A stretch of DNA of 64,000 nucleotides from Tubulanus polymorphus (lineage: Eukaryota; Animalia; Nemertea). Made by a program: the position numbers and the translations under genes. Every line of letters starts with the position of its first letter. The first letter of the stretch is position 1. This document shows positions 13,585-26,404 of this stretch, in pieces. The notes under the pieces are model-generated. The model saw only the letters and a program-made list of their open reading frames with translations, ran no database searches and was not told where the DNA came from. The stretch lies in assembly GCF_964204645.1 (NCBI RefSeq), contig NC_134031.1, forward strand, positions 11,472,088-11,536,087, read 5' to 3'.

Positions 13585-14470
13585 ATGTCAAAGAAATCTG
13601 ATATTGAAAAGACAATTGAGGATTTGGGCATTACTGGCAATAATGATACAGTTGTTTCTAAAGCCTTGCGCACATCGACACTGCGATTGGAGACAACTAG
13701 TTGCAAGGCAGTTTTCGGCGCATGAGAGGAACTGGCTAGATACGATCAGTTGCTTGAATGTGTCGATGTGAGCGAGCTTACGATTGGTAAACTTCGATCT
13801 ATCTCCAGTTCCAGCCAGTTGCCCATGTTCTACTTTTGAGCAACTGGTTGTACTCAATCGCAGTCATATCCGTCGATGTGCGCGCTCTGGATCTCAACGA
13901 TCGACATGCGCCATGCAGTTGCTGCAACTGACCGGTTGTAACTAGATTTCGATGTGCGCGGGGTAATCGTTCGGCAGCAACTAGTTGTCTCCAATCGCAG
14001 TGTCGATGTGCGCTAGGCTTAATTGTGCTCAAGTTGATAATAATATTGATTATGAATACTATTTATCATGTAAGCATCATCTTGAGTCACTAATTGCCGG
14101 CGGCAAATCTAAGGACTTCTTGGGAAAAATTATAACTTATCAAGAACTTGATGCCATGAAACCAGATAAAGTAATAAAACATTTCAAAATATATGAAGAA
14201 GCTAGATTAGCTCGAATAAACGTTTCTATAAGTGATGGAATAGTAAAATGTTACTCTAAATTATGTAACCGGATTATACGAATTGATGATAATTGATGAT
14301 CGATGATTGAAAATAAATTATAAAGTGATTTAAAAAATGATTATTTAGTAATGACAGAATTACAGAAATGGGTTGGATACGCTTCATTCCAATTAGGAGG
14401 AATAATGACATTGACTGGAGTTATAACATTTTCTAACATTAAACCTATAGAATACGAAGGTAAAAATTAA
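13585..14470 (+). pseudogene. Mav-1 homologue of Mav-3 200-aa gene, interrupted by a MITE
   Basis: IDYEYYLSCKHHLE...GGKSK matches ORF 54964-55566. Confidence 0.85.
13662..14019. mobile_element. PIF/Harbinger-type MITE
   Basis: ~40-bp TIRs (AGCCTTGCGCACATCGACACTGCGATTGGAGACAACTAG); 3-bp TSD TAA (13659-13661, 14020-14022); same terminal motif as the MITE at 1094. Confidence 0.9.
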
Positions 14471-14510
14471 TCAGAAGATATTGAATCAGAACAAAAATTA
14501 ACTAAAATAA

Positions 14511-14870
14511 ATGAGCGAAGATGTTAAGCCTAGATCTGACAAACAAATTAAATGGGCTAGGGAGTTGGGTAAAAGATCTGCAGAATTAAAAAGAGCTAAG
14601 AAAAAGAAATTAACTGTTATAAATGAGTCACAGACTTTATCTGATATTGATTCAAATAATAATCCATCTAATGCTTCTAATGCTGGAAGTAATAATAAAT
14701 TATATATTACAATTGGATTAGTAACAGTTATTATATTCTCCGGTGTAATATATACATATAAGTATGAATCTGATGATAAAGATGATTCTGATGATAAACC
14801 TATTATACCAGAAAATAAGTCAAATGATAAAATCATTGAAACTAAATCTAAATTATTATTAATGGATTAA
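14511..14870 (+). CDS. Mav-1 small basic single-TM protein (homologue of 54603-54971 and 32738-33055)
   Basis: QIKWARELGKRS motif plus one hydrophobic segment. Confidence 0.8.
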   Translation: MSEDVKPRSDKQIKWARELGKRSAELKRAKKKKLTVINESQTLSDIDSNNNPSNASNAGSNNKLYITIGLVTVIIFSGVIYTYKYESDDKDDSDDKPIIPENKSNDKIIETKSKLLLMD

Positions 14871-14876
14871 AATAAG

Positions 14877-15959
14877 ATGAAAAAAGAACTATATCTAAGA
14901 GATTTATATTGTAACCCAGAGAGTGAAGTATCATATTCTAGCATTTCAGAATTATGGGATAAAATTAAATCTGATAAAGAAAATATAAAATATAGTGAAC
15001 TAAGATTATGGTTACAAAATCAACCAACATATCAAATCCATAAGAAAATGGATAAAAATTATTTAACAAGAAAAGTTATGGTTTCATATATCGATCAACA
15101 ATGGCAAGCAGATTTGATTGACATGAAGAACTTAGAAGAATATAACAAAGGATATTTCTGGATATTGAATGTTATAGATATATTCAGTAGATACGCATGG
15201 TCAATTCCAATCAAAAATAAAACTGGTATAGAAGTTACTAATGCTTTTAAATCAATATTTAAAGAAGCTATTCCAGGTAAGATACAATTTGATGAAGGTA
15301 AGGAATTCTGTAATAAACATTTTAAAAAATTATTATCTGATAACGATGTAGAGTATTTTTCAACACATTCAGATAAAAAAGCATCAATCATAGAAAGATT
15401 TAATAAAACATTGAAAACTAGAATGTGGAAATATTTTACTGCAAATGAAACATATAAATATGTAGATGTATTAGATGATTTAGTGAAAGGTTATAATGAT
15501 TCTAAACATTCAAGTATTGAAACGTATACAAGCTAGAAAAGAAGATAATTCAGAAATAGTTTGGAATAATTTATACGGAGCGTTTGTTACACATGATTTC
15601 GGAGAACCTAAATTTAAAATAGGACAGCATGTAAGAATAACTTAATATCGAAAAACATTTTACAAAGGTAATACTCCAAATTTTACTGAAGAAATATTTA
15701 AAATTAAAAAGATAATATTAACTAAACCATTTGTTTATAAATTAGAAGATTTAAAAGATGAAGAAATATTAGGTTATTTCTATGAACAAGAATTATCACT
15801 TGTACCAAACCCAGATGAAATAGAATACAAAATAGAAAAAGTATTGAAAACAAAAACTCTTAAAGGAAAAAAGTATTTTTTATAGTTAAATATAAAGGGT
15901 ATGATGATAAATTTAATGAATGGATTTTATCTAGTAAAATTAAAAGAATAAATGAATAA
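14877..15959 (+). pseudogene. Mav-1 retroviral-type integrase with chromodomain, frameshifted
   Basis: WQADLIDM, FDEGKEF, IERFNKTLK in ORF 14877-15536; remainder out of frame but colinear with Mav-3 integrase. Confidence 0.93.
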
Positions 15960-16562
15960 AGATTTATTTATATTTGAACCGCATAATATGTTAGTTACTG
16001 GAGTAACAAATTGTGGTAAAACACATTTCATATCAGATTTGTTAGAAACTATTTATAAGAATCATTTTGATAATATAATATTATTCTGTCCTACTTATGA
16101 AATGAATAAAACATATAATAGGGATATAGTTAAGATAAAAAAGTTTATTTTATTAAATCCTAAGACAGTAAAAGAAAATTTAGATAATTGTATAAAAATA
16201 GCAATTGATATTTACAAAGGATCTAATACATTATTCATTGTGGATGATTGTGCTAATTTACATGATTCAAAAGTTAGAGAAAGTGAACTATGCTATCTAG
16301 CTTTTCTGGGAAACATTTTGGGATAACAACATGGGTTTTAAATCAAAAATATAATTCAATTGTTAAAGATTTTAGGGAGAATATAAGATTTTTAGTTTTA
16401 TTCTACAATAAAGATAGAAAATCAATGCAACAATCTCTGGGAAAAAATCAAATTATACCTACTGACTTACATGATGAATATATGAATAAATTAAAAAGTA
16501 ATACAGGTTCCAAATTTCTTCTGAGGCTTCAATTTCCTTATGAATATAAATTTATAAAATAA
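15952..16562 (+). pseudogene. Mav-1 A32/FtsK-like packaging ATPase, frameshifted
   Basis: GVTNCGKT and LFIVDD; split between ORFs 15952-16326 and 16290-16562. Confidence 0.92.
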
Positions 16563-16759
16563 AATCCTAATTTGGAATATGTTAGAATTTATATATTAAA
16601 TTGAATTTATATGTTAAATTTAATATAGAATACAAATATTATATTTATACTCATACTATTCATCCAATTCATGTGTTAAAAAGTAAAATATATATATTAT
16701 TACACTCATCCAATTCAACCAATTCATCCTCTCATCCATCAATATGTAAATAGAAATTA

Positions 16760-17345
16760 CTCTTTTTCATTTTCATATTTTTCTTTAAGCTTATTATATT
16801 CTAACCATATATTCCTTTTCAGTGACATTGGTATAGTTCCTAAATGATTCCCGAGTTTATATTAATTGAATGTTGCTCTTGACAATATTTTTGGAATATA
16901 ATTTTCGATTTCAGTTTTAGATGGATGTTTATTTAAAAATTCTCTAAAATCATCATATTTAAGTTCATTGCATAAGTTACATTTGGTTTAAAGTTATCTA
17001 ACTTTTTCAATATGGTAACTATATCATTACTCGAGAAATAATCTATAAATGTTTTTCTGTACCACCGATAATCTGACATATTCATTTCATTAAATTTCGG
17101 ATTTAAAATTAATGGATTTTCTATTACATTTTCTGTACCTATATGTTAAATTGAATATTTATGATTCAATTGTTTTTTATATATAATATGATCTTTACAT
17201 TTTTCACACCAAGATTTAGATACTTGTATTGCATGGGCTGAATCATTTCCACCTTTGGTTTTTAATTTATAATGTTTCGCCCAATTAGCCTTTGATATAC
17301 ATTCATTACAGAAGGCACAATAATTTTGGTCCTCTTTGCATTTAT

Positions 17346-17412
<67 letters not shown>

Positions 17413-17812
17413 CATATGTTTTTACTAATTGTATGATATGTTCATCTTTTTTGACGTGCAATAAATAATCATTATTATTATCAAAATCTTCTTTGCTATA
17501 TGTGCATCTAATGATATCGTTTGGTTTAACATTTGATTTTTCTATTTTAGGTTCAATATTATCTTCTATTTGTGTTTCAATATTCTTATTATTAGATGTA
17601 GATGTAGGTAAATTATCTATATTATTATTATTATTATCTTTTTTATTTATATCATTATTACGTTCAATTAAATATTCTTTGTATTGATTTAATTCATTTA
17701 ATAAAAATGTTCAAATATATTCATTTATTCTTTTATAAGGTAATACATAATACAAATCATCATTGATTTCTTTATCAGCTTTGATTCTTTCATATAACTT
17801 ACCTTCATCCAT
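16760..17812 (-). pseudogene. Mav-1 homologue of Mav-3 zinc-finger gene 51441-52504
   Basis: CAFCNECISKANWAKHY shared; contains an expanded (TA)n. Confidence 0.8.
17348..17409. repeat. (TA)n microsatellite, ~30 units
   Basis: Direct reading. Confidence 0.98.
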
Positions 17813-17844
17813 TTATTATAGAATTTTTTATTAAAACTGAAATT

Positions 17845-19051
17845 TTAATACAACACTATTGAATTGAGAATCAACAATATTTAATTGCGCGTCAGATATA
17901 ATATAAATGTGCATTTTGAAATTTAAGCTCCCTTCTTTCTTTTTCATGAATAATTGTATTCCATCTTTAGTGTTCTGTAGTTTTTTCCCAGATCCATGTA
18001 ATAAGTTATCTTCGGTTGTTCTAAAATATAACCATATTTATTACCAGTATAATAATCTATTTGATTAATATTACAATTTTCAGATGATTTATTTTTTTCT
18101 TTCATAAAATATTTTCTAATTTCTGGCCATTGTTCGATCATTCTCATTCCTTGACAGAATATCTTATTAGCTATACCTTTATTATTTCTTATTTATTATT
18201 AGTTATTTCTACTTTTGATATTTCCGGATTATAATAGTTATCAACATTTATTGCGCCATTAGCGTATGTTGCAGTGGTAGAAAATATTAATATACCTTTA
18301 ATAGATCTTCTTGGGAAGTTGATATTCTCATTAATTATTTCATCATTTGCATTAATAGTTACAGTTTTAAATTTATCAATATAATCATATAATAATGAAT
18401 ATCCTTGATTGTATTGAGTTTGAATTATACTTGAAATATTTTCATCAGTTACTGTATCATATTCTAAACATATATTCGATAATTTATATCCCATATCTTA
18501 AACAACGCTAGATAATACAATTTCATTAACAGGAGCGAATGATATTTCAAATATAATATCTTCTTGAATTGTGTATTTATACAAAGGTGCATTATCATTT
18601 ATCAATTCAAAGTCTAATGGAATTTTATATTTGCTTCCAAAAATCTTTTTTATCAAATTATCTGTAGCATTAGTTATTATTGCATTATTAGCTTCTGATC
18701 TTAATGTATTATGGTTTTCTGATTGGATGCCTTGAAATATCATATTTTTTCTATTTTCTTTTGTTAACCATAAATCTTTATAATGCATAAATAAATTATA
18801 ATCATCTAATGAAAAAACTGTTTCTGGTCCAATCTTTATATTTAATTTTTTAATCAAATATCTTCCAACATTATCAACAACATAATTATTATCATGGCCA
18901 GTTACTTTTATATCAGCTGATAAATAAATACTATACGAAACATAAAAAGTATGTTGTGTTAGGATTATGAGTAATTATAAGATGAGATCTCTGCTTTAAT
19001 AGCATTAGATATTCTAGAATTCTTAGAAGGATTTATATAACTCCCACTCAT
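17845..19051 (-). pseudogene. Mav-1 major capsid protein, fragmented
   Basis: ORF pieces 17944-18147, 18189-18494, 18498-18857 match Mav-3 50161-51408. Confidence 0.9.
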
Positions 19052-19069
19052 TTATTTAACAAAAAAATT

Positions 19070-22000
19070 AATTATTTATTTTTTATCATATGCACTAACC
19101 CAACAATAATTGCACTTACAACTGTGATTAAAAATAAAATAATATGTTCTGCAGCAAAGTTAAGAATATTCCAGCAGATTTTAATATAAAACCAACAATC
19201 GATGCAATAATTCCGGGTAAAGCTGCAGCAGATTTTTTAGATAGTTCCCATGTATATTTTGCTAATTTCTTTAAACCATCTTTCACTTTATCTTGTATAG
19301 AATTATTATTATTTGGTGGTTTATCTGGTTTATTGGGAGTAGGCGTAGATTTTAATGAATTTGATATAGCTAAACCAATTGTTGTAAATAACATAGTTAC
19401 AGCTGTTAGAATTGAAAGAATTGTTATACCTTCTAGTTTAAATAATAATCTTATTCTATATTTCAATGATATTTTAGAATCTGCTTTTATTATTTAATAT
19501 TAAGAATAACTTTTAATTTTTTAATATGATTAAGATCATATGATATCAATAATATATCTCTTTCTTTTTCCTGTAATTCTTTGTTATATTCTAAATCATC
19601 AATTTCTTTTTCTAAAGCTAACTTTCTGCATTCATATTTAACTTCATCAATCACTTGAAGATCTTTATTTAATTCTAATTGTTTTAATTCTTCATTTGCA
19701 TCAGTTAATTCTTTTTCTAACATGGTTATTTTAGAAAATCTCATCTTAATATTAGAAATATCACCAGCTGATTCTTGCATACCTTTAATTTCTCTACGTG
19801 CTTGTTCAGGAAATATTTTTAATTGTTCTTCATTTAAATCAAGGAATCCTTTTTCTAGTAAAGATTGCATTCGATTTGTTCAGGTTTCAGTACCGGGGGT
19901 ATCTAAAACACTATTAATCTCTTCTTCAAATGAATTCATTGTATCCAGTAAGTTATCTAGATGTTTTCCTAATTGTAATTGACTTGAATCATTATCAATT
20001 GGTTGAATATCTATTCTCGATATTTCTGGTGTTGAAGATCTTAATTTATCTAATCGATCCCCATACTCTTCCATTTCTGTATCAACATAAGTAGGATTTA
20101 AATTTGGATTTTTAAATGGTGAATATTTGTTAATATCAATATTCGGATTTGGTTCTTCTTCATTTATTCTATCGATTGCATTCCATATAATTCTGAGAAA
20201 TTCTGAACCCCCTTTTGAACGTTCAATTGAAGATCCTGCACGCATTTCAGGATGGTACAGATCTTCTTGTCCCATTTTAGATAATTGAATCGATACAGTT
20301 TTGTTATTTAATTCAACATTATAATACCATGAATCATTTTTAAATTCTAATTTATTCATGAAATGTGGATCATCTTCTCTAATTTGTTCTGAAACATCTT
20401 CTGGTTCAATGTTATCTGTTATATTTTTTGGTAATAATTCTTCAATAACTGTATTTGTTACACTATGTTTTATGTAAAATAATTCTTCTTTCAATTCAGG
20501 GTTTTCTGTTCTTTCTAATCTATTAATTAAATCTTTTCTTTCTGGTCTAAATTTACTTATTATCTCATAGTGGGATTCTAAATAATTTTTTCATCTGTTT
20601 CAGTATCATCTTTAAATTTATAATAATCATATAATATAGGCCCGCTAGAATCATCTTCACCTAAATTAGTATTATATGCTGCTCCACCATCATTATCAAT
20701 ATTAGTTTCATTAAATTCAGGTTATGGTTCATCACTTATACCAGGTTCATCTAAAGGATCCAATGGAATTTCTTCATCCATTTATATAATAAAAAATTAA
20801 AATTTAAAATATAATATTCCTCCAATTACAATTCCTATACAAGCTATGGCTAATTTGGTATTTTCATGTGATTTATTATCATTATTAGTTTTAATTATTT
20901 CATGTTGAATATTATGAGTTTTTATATTTTCCGATGTATTGTAATCTTTTATTTTAGAATCATTATTTAATTTAATATTCTTAGTTTTAGTTTCAGTTGA
21001 TTGAATGTCTTTTATTTTTTTCACCTTCCATTAATTTTGGAGCAGAAATAATCTTTTTATTTATGACATTTAATTCTTATGAATTATTTATTGTTGCAGT
21101 CTTAATCAAATTATTATAACCAATTATATTCCCCATTTTTAGTATTAAATCATCAGAAATAATTAATAAATTAGGACCTATACAATAATTTAATCTAATA
21201 TGTGATTTATCTAAATAATTTTGGTACCTGACTATATTTTCTGGAATCGATTTTTACCATTATGAATTGAATCTTCAAATAATACTTTGAATTGTTTTTG
21301 TGTATCAAATGAAGTATTATCATTTCCAACTATTGGTGATGTTGTTTCAACTTGCGCACCTAAAATACAAATTAAATGTATTTTTATAGATTGATTTATT
21401 CTTTGTATACCTCACTTTGTTAAACCTTCACTATTTTCTGAAAATGAAAATAATCCAACCATTATTATTAACAATTTTATAATTATGATAAGCTCCAATT
21501 CTATGCATATAATCAATTCTTTTTATTTCATACTGTTCACCAATACCTTTCAATTCACCATGCGGTAAAATCGGAATTAATATTTATATTAAATTCATTA
21601 CATATTTCATAAAACTTAGATAGATTAATATAATTATCCAATTCTTGAAAATATTTAGATCCAGGCAAAGGACATTCTAATTCATATAATATAGTTTGAA
21701 AACATGTGTGAAATTTAAATATTGTATGGATGAATTTTAAATCAGAATAATTCAAATTTTTATCTAAGTTATTTAAATGATTATTCCAACTTATACCACA
21801 GCCAATTGTTGCTTTTGCCAATATTTCATATTAGATTTTACTTTATATATGTGATATTCATCTCGAGTAAAAGTAACTTCATATGTATTAAATATATTTT
21901 CCATTTTAGACATAAAAAAACTGTGTTTCAGTAACATAAATTTCTAGATTAATTAATGAATTTAAAACTAGATTTTTATATGTTATATTTTTATTAAAAT

Positions 22001-23527
22001 CTATTGCAGGAATATTATATTTAATTGATTTATTATATTGGAAAGCTTTAGGAAACCCCATTTATATAATAAAACAAATAATAATTTATTAATTCTTTCA
22101 ATAATTTATCTTGTTCTTCAACTGTTATATTACCCCATTTAAACTTGTAATGTATTTTTTAATTTATTAATTTTCTTTTATATGAGATTTTATTTTTTCT
22201 TGATTACTTTTTATATTTAATTTTGAACTTATACCGGTTAAAACACTTGAACGTAATCCTAACACACCAATTGATATAGCTAAAGGAGTTAATGGACTGA
22301 ATATTGCTAGAAATGTTATTACAGAACTAATTGTAACTGAACCACAAATAATAAAATAATGTATAATTTTTGATTTTAAATATTTTTTCTTTTTTATCTT
22401 TAAATCATTTTCAAATTCTAATATTTGTTTTTCTAAATATGTTTTTAATTTAGTTTTATTTATATCATGAGGAATAATATCAATATTATCAACTTTATCC
22501 TCCATTTATTTAGAAAAGAAATTACTAATTAGTAAATTTATATGCAAAAAATATAACAATAACTGTTCCACCTAAAATCCCAATTATTTCATATTTCTGT
22601 TGTTCTTTACTTGGTGTATAATAATCTGATAATTTGGGTTTGTATAGATGTAATTTTTTTTCATTTGTTACTGCTTTATATAAACCCATAGCTTCATCGA
22701 CTGATTGAAAATCTCTATGTGTAATTTTCTGGTTATATAATTCTTTATTGATGTAATCCATATAGTTTTGTCTCTTTTCTCTGTATTCTTCTGCAGCTGT
22801 ATTGTATATCTCTAATGCTAAGTTATGTCTTCTTTGTTCTGCTAATGAACTATTTTTATCAATATGCTTAGATAAATAACCACCAGCTGTAAATGATGTA
22901 ACAATTGCTGATCCTATAATAGTTATAATTGCAGAAGCTATTTATTTAGCAAAAAAATTACGAATTTATATAGGAGGAAAATATTTCTATTTTTCCAAAT
23001 AATCAATTGTTAAATTAGATAAAGTTACTGCTTATGTTAATTTCAAAATATCATTGATATCAAATTTATCAACATTAACACTTCCCATTTTGAATACTTT
23101 TTTTAATACCATTGAATAACCAACAGTTCCCACTGATAATAATTCTCCATTATATAAACCAGTTATTATCCACTTATTATCACTCATTTATTTATCAAAA
23201 AAAATCACACTCAAAATATTTAGTTATCTTAGTGATAATTATTTCAACATTTATTTCATTACTACTTTTATGATTATCATATATTTCAGTTAATATGTTT
23301 TTAATATCATCGCTAATTCCATCTTCATTTAATTCATAATATTCTAAGGGTGTTCTTATTATTTCAATTACTTTTTCTATATTATAATTTTCTTTAGTAA
23401 TCATTGATGCATTATTAAATGATTTACGTTTAATATCAGTAATTACATCATTTAGTTTAATTCTCATTTCTTTACCATGTTTAAAATCAAACCCAAAACA
23501 TATACTCGGTCCAACAGTTATATTCAT
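19070..23527 (-). pseudogene. Mav-1 block of decayed homologues of Mav-3 490-, 463-, 144-, 140-, 73- and 99/110-aa genes
   Basis: Shared peptides (EGITILSILTAVTMLFTTIG; ATIGCGISWN; MEDKVDNIDII; MDYINKELY; MNITVGPSICFGFDFK) in the same order as in Mav-3. Confidence 0.88.
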
Positions 23528-23544
23528 TTATATAGTGAAAAAAA

Positions 23545-24300
23545 TTACTCTCTACATCTTATCACTAATTCATATATCACAGGAAAGTTATTTGAATCAA
23601 TTAAGTATCCATTGTGATTTCTAATTTCTAATCTAAAATTATTAAATTGAGGAATGCAGGGCTTGAAATCACACTCGGCTAAATTATAATTTATTTGAGT
23701 TCCAAATTCTTTAACATTCTTCAATGGTAAAATATTCAATAAACCAGAACTACAAATTGTATCTTTGGTTGCTTCAAATGTCTTTGTAGGGTCAATTAAA
23801 TTGCAATAAATATAAAAGTGTGTAAAGGGTATTAAGTTTGATGTAGCATCAGCATTACGTATCCTTACATCTGGGTTAATTCCTAAAATTTTAGCTAAAT
23901 GTTTTTCAACTAGAAATTGATGTTGATCTTCGTTTCCTAATTTTATTCTTACTTTATCAGAGCTATCACTTTTAATCAGTCTTAATCCAAATCCAGCAGA
24001 TGCGCCCATTTTTGAGCGTGCTCTTTTATTTTTTTTCTTGAGCTAATGTTTCTAAATTATATAATCCTGGTTTTAGATAAAGATGAAAACGTCTATTCTT
24101 ATTTCTGTCATGAATTAAAAAGACTCTATTTTCAATTCTTTTATCCGATATATTATAAAAAGAATTACATAAACTTACATTTACTAATTTTAAATCTACA
24201 CAATTCTTAAATTCCCTAATTGTACTAGTAAATTATGTGATTTATAATTTGTAAGTCTTCTAGAATCAACAAATATTCTATATTCTTTTAATTCTACCAT
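23545..24300 (-). pseudogene. Mav-1 minor capsid (penton-like) protein, frameshifted
   Basis: HFYIYCNLIDP and FNNFRLEIRNHNG match 44984-45739. Confidence 0.8.
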
Positions 24301-24302
24301 TT

Positions 24303-24849
24303 ATTTTACATATTTTATTCGAAATCTATATCATAGTGCCCTTTTTCATTTTTACCCTTATATTTGAAATAGAAATCACCTGAACATAATTCTTCTAAAT
24401 CTTCAGTTGACAATCTATGAAATCTATCTGGTAAATATGTTCTGAAATTATATTTATTTCCTTTTAATCCTTCATATTCTAAGTGGATAACTAATACATC
24501 TCCATATTTGTTAGTAAATGTATCAATATTAGTAATTAGATAATTCTTATGAATTGTTAGTACATTTAACTTCTTAAATTTATAATCTACAGATTTAGCA
24601 TTTGTGATATCTTTAATTCTATCTAGAAATGATTTGTTGTTCTCACTTGAAAAAAATTTGATATTAAAATGGAGAGTAATTAGATTAATATTTTAAGAGT
24701 AATAGGGAATGTGTTGTTCTAGATTAAAGGTTGAGAGGGCGAGTGAGTAAAAAATGAAAAATGAATTCGAGTGTGCGAGAATTTATTTTTCATTTTTTAC
24801 TCACTCGACCTCTTGACCTTTGATCTAGAACAACACATTCCATATTACT
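24303..24849. repeat. Mav-1 right TIR, including the 113-aa-family gene and a terminal fold-back palindrome 24698-24849
   Basis: Matches 1-129; AGTAATAGGGAATGTGTTGTTCTAGAT...ATCTAGAACAACACATTCCATATTACT. Confidence 0.88.
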
Positions 24850-25199
24850 ATTGATGAAAATATGACATCATTCCGACGTTCCACTTGCAACCATTGATTT
24901 ATTTTTTCCACTTATCCAAACAAAATCCTAAAAAGAATTTTGCAAATATTGATAATAGAAAAAATTTTGGGGGTATTTTCGTAAATTGGTCATTTCACCA
25001 TTTTTGAAAATATCCTGATGGATTTAGCAATTATTCACTTATAATCATATGTTCCCCTAATATCTTCCGATACTAATTCACAAAAATAACATATCTTAAT
25101 ACATGTAGCAATCATTAGTCTCTATCAATGATCAGTGTAACAGAGTTACTAATTATTTCGTTTCTTTTACGGGCTAGAGGTAAATTGGCTTTTTTCTGA

Positions 25200-26197
25200 T
25201 CTTTATACCGATAGTCCTTCATGAAGTGCCAACGACCAAAACATGGGTATGGACACATCCTAACATTGCAAGCTTGACACACATATTTGGTATCACACCT
25301 TTCGACTATGTACCTGGCACTTAGAGGCTAATGGTTTTATTAAGGGGTTAGATCTAAGGTTCTGTTGAACCTAACTTCATCTAAAGGTTCATTCATTACA
25401 TGGCGCTGTACATATCATCTATCACCAACCAATTGTTCTGCTAAGTCCTCGCGGAATTCGCGTAATGTTCGTTTATCTTCCTTTTTTCTACCCATTACAG
25501 CTTCAAAGAGAATATGTGCATTTGTGATGCATGCATCTATGATGTACCAGAATACTTTATGGGTCCATCTAAGACCCTTCATATGGCGCTTATAAGTCAC
25601 GATCTTCCGGTCAGCTAAATCAACTCAGCCCATGTATTGGTTATAAATTCCAATAATCTCTGGGCGGTTCACATGTACTTTTCTCCACACTCCATCAACT
25701 TTCACATTCCTGATGCATGTACCATTTCCTCAGCTACAGAGAGTGTGCTGAGCATTGATACAAGTTTATTATCCATCCACGTAACACAAATAATCTCATC
25801 TTGGGTCGACTTTTCAAAGTAGCAATCACCGCGTTTCATTTGCTTCACCGCAGCAGACTTTTTACTAGTTATACTATTTGGTCCGCCTCTCTTTGCCCTG
25901 AGAGTACCACATCTCTGCCAATTTCTATTCCACAATGCTAAAATCAATGCATAACTGGTGTACCAATTATCCATAAACAAGTTATAGCCCAGATCATGAC
26001 ATGGCTCACATATTTTTTTATAACAGTGCTTATTATTTTCTGACCACAAGCAACTGTTTTATCACTTTGAGCCAAGTCGAGATTTACTATGTATCCAGTT
26101 TCTGCCTCAACCAGCATATAGGCTTTTATTCCAAATCGAATAGGTTTGTTCTTTATGAAAACACGCCCAGGAGTGCGGCCTTTTGACTTTATCATGC
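25200..26197 (-). pseudogene. piggyBac transposase, C-terminal half, degenerate
   Basis: KPIRFGIKAY, LFMDNWYTS, CGTLR, WMDNKLVSMLST, RWTHKVFWYIID and a Cys-rich tail (~25230-25290); cut at 26197 by the LTR element. Confidence 0.9.
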
Positions 26198-26369
26198 TGT
26201 CGTAAACTTAAATCGTTTCATTGATTTGTTTTGGTTCTGGTTTCGCGGGCGACTGCAAAGCATTACATGGTTCGTTGAATTTGTATGTTTGTACGGGGAA
26301 GTTAAAGTTAGTTGAAATATAGCTGTGGATCTTAAAGCATACAGTTCTTGAGTTAGTTACTTCACGACA
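26198..26369 (+). repeat. 5' LTR of a BEL/Pao retrotransposon (172 bp)
   Basis: TGTCGT...ACGACA inverted ends, starts where the piggyBac ORF breaks, followed by a PBS and gag. Confidence 0.8.
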
Positions 26370-26373
26370 TTTT

Positions 26374-26390
26374 TGGTCCCTCGAAAGCCG
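26374..26390 (+). promoter_or_regulatory. Primer-binding site, tRNA-Tyr-like
   Basis: TGGTCCCTCGAAAGCCG resembles the complement of the tRNA-Tyr 3' end (TGGTCCTTCGAGCCG). Confidence 0.65.
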
Positions 26391-26404
26391 TTTTAGCAGT
26401 ATAG

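Larger units (their letters stand above)
1..24849 (+). mobile_element. Mav-1: decayed AT-rich Maverick/Polinton; left end lies upstream of the window
   Basis: Pseudogenised pPolB, integrase, ATPase, major and minor capsid genes, all closely similar to Mav-3. Right terminus ...CATATTACT at 24849. Bases 1-129 are the reverse complement of 24303-24431 (inner part of the TIR). Confidence 0.93.
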
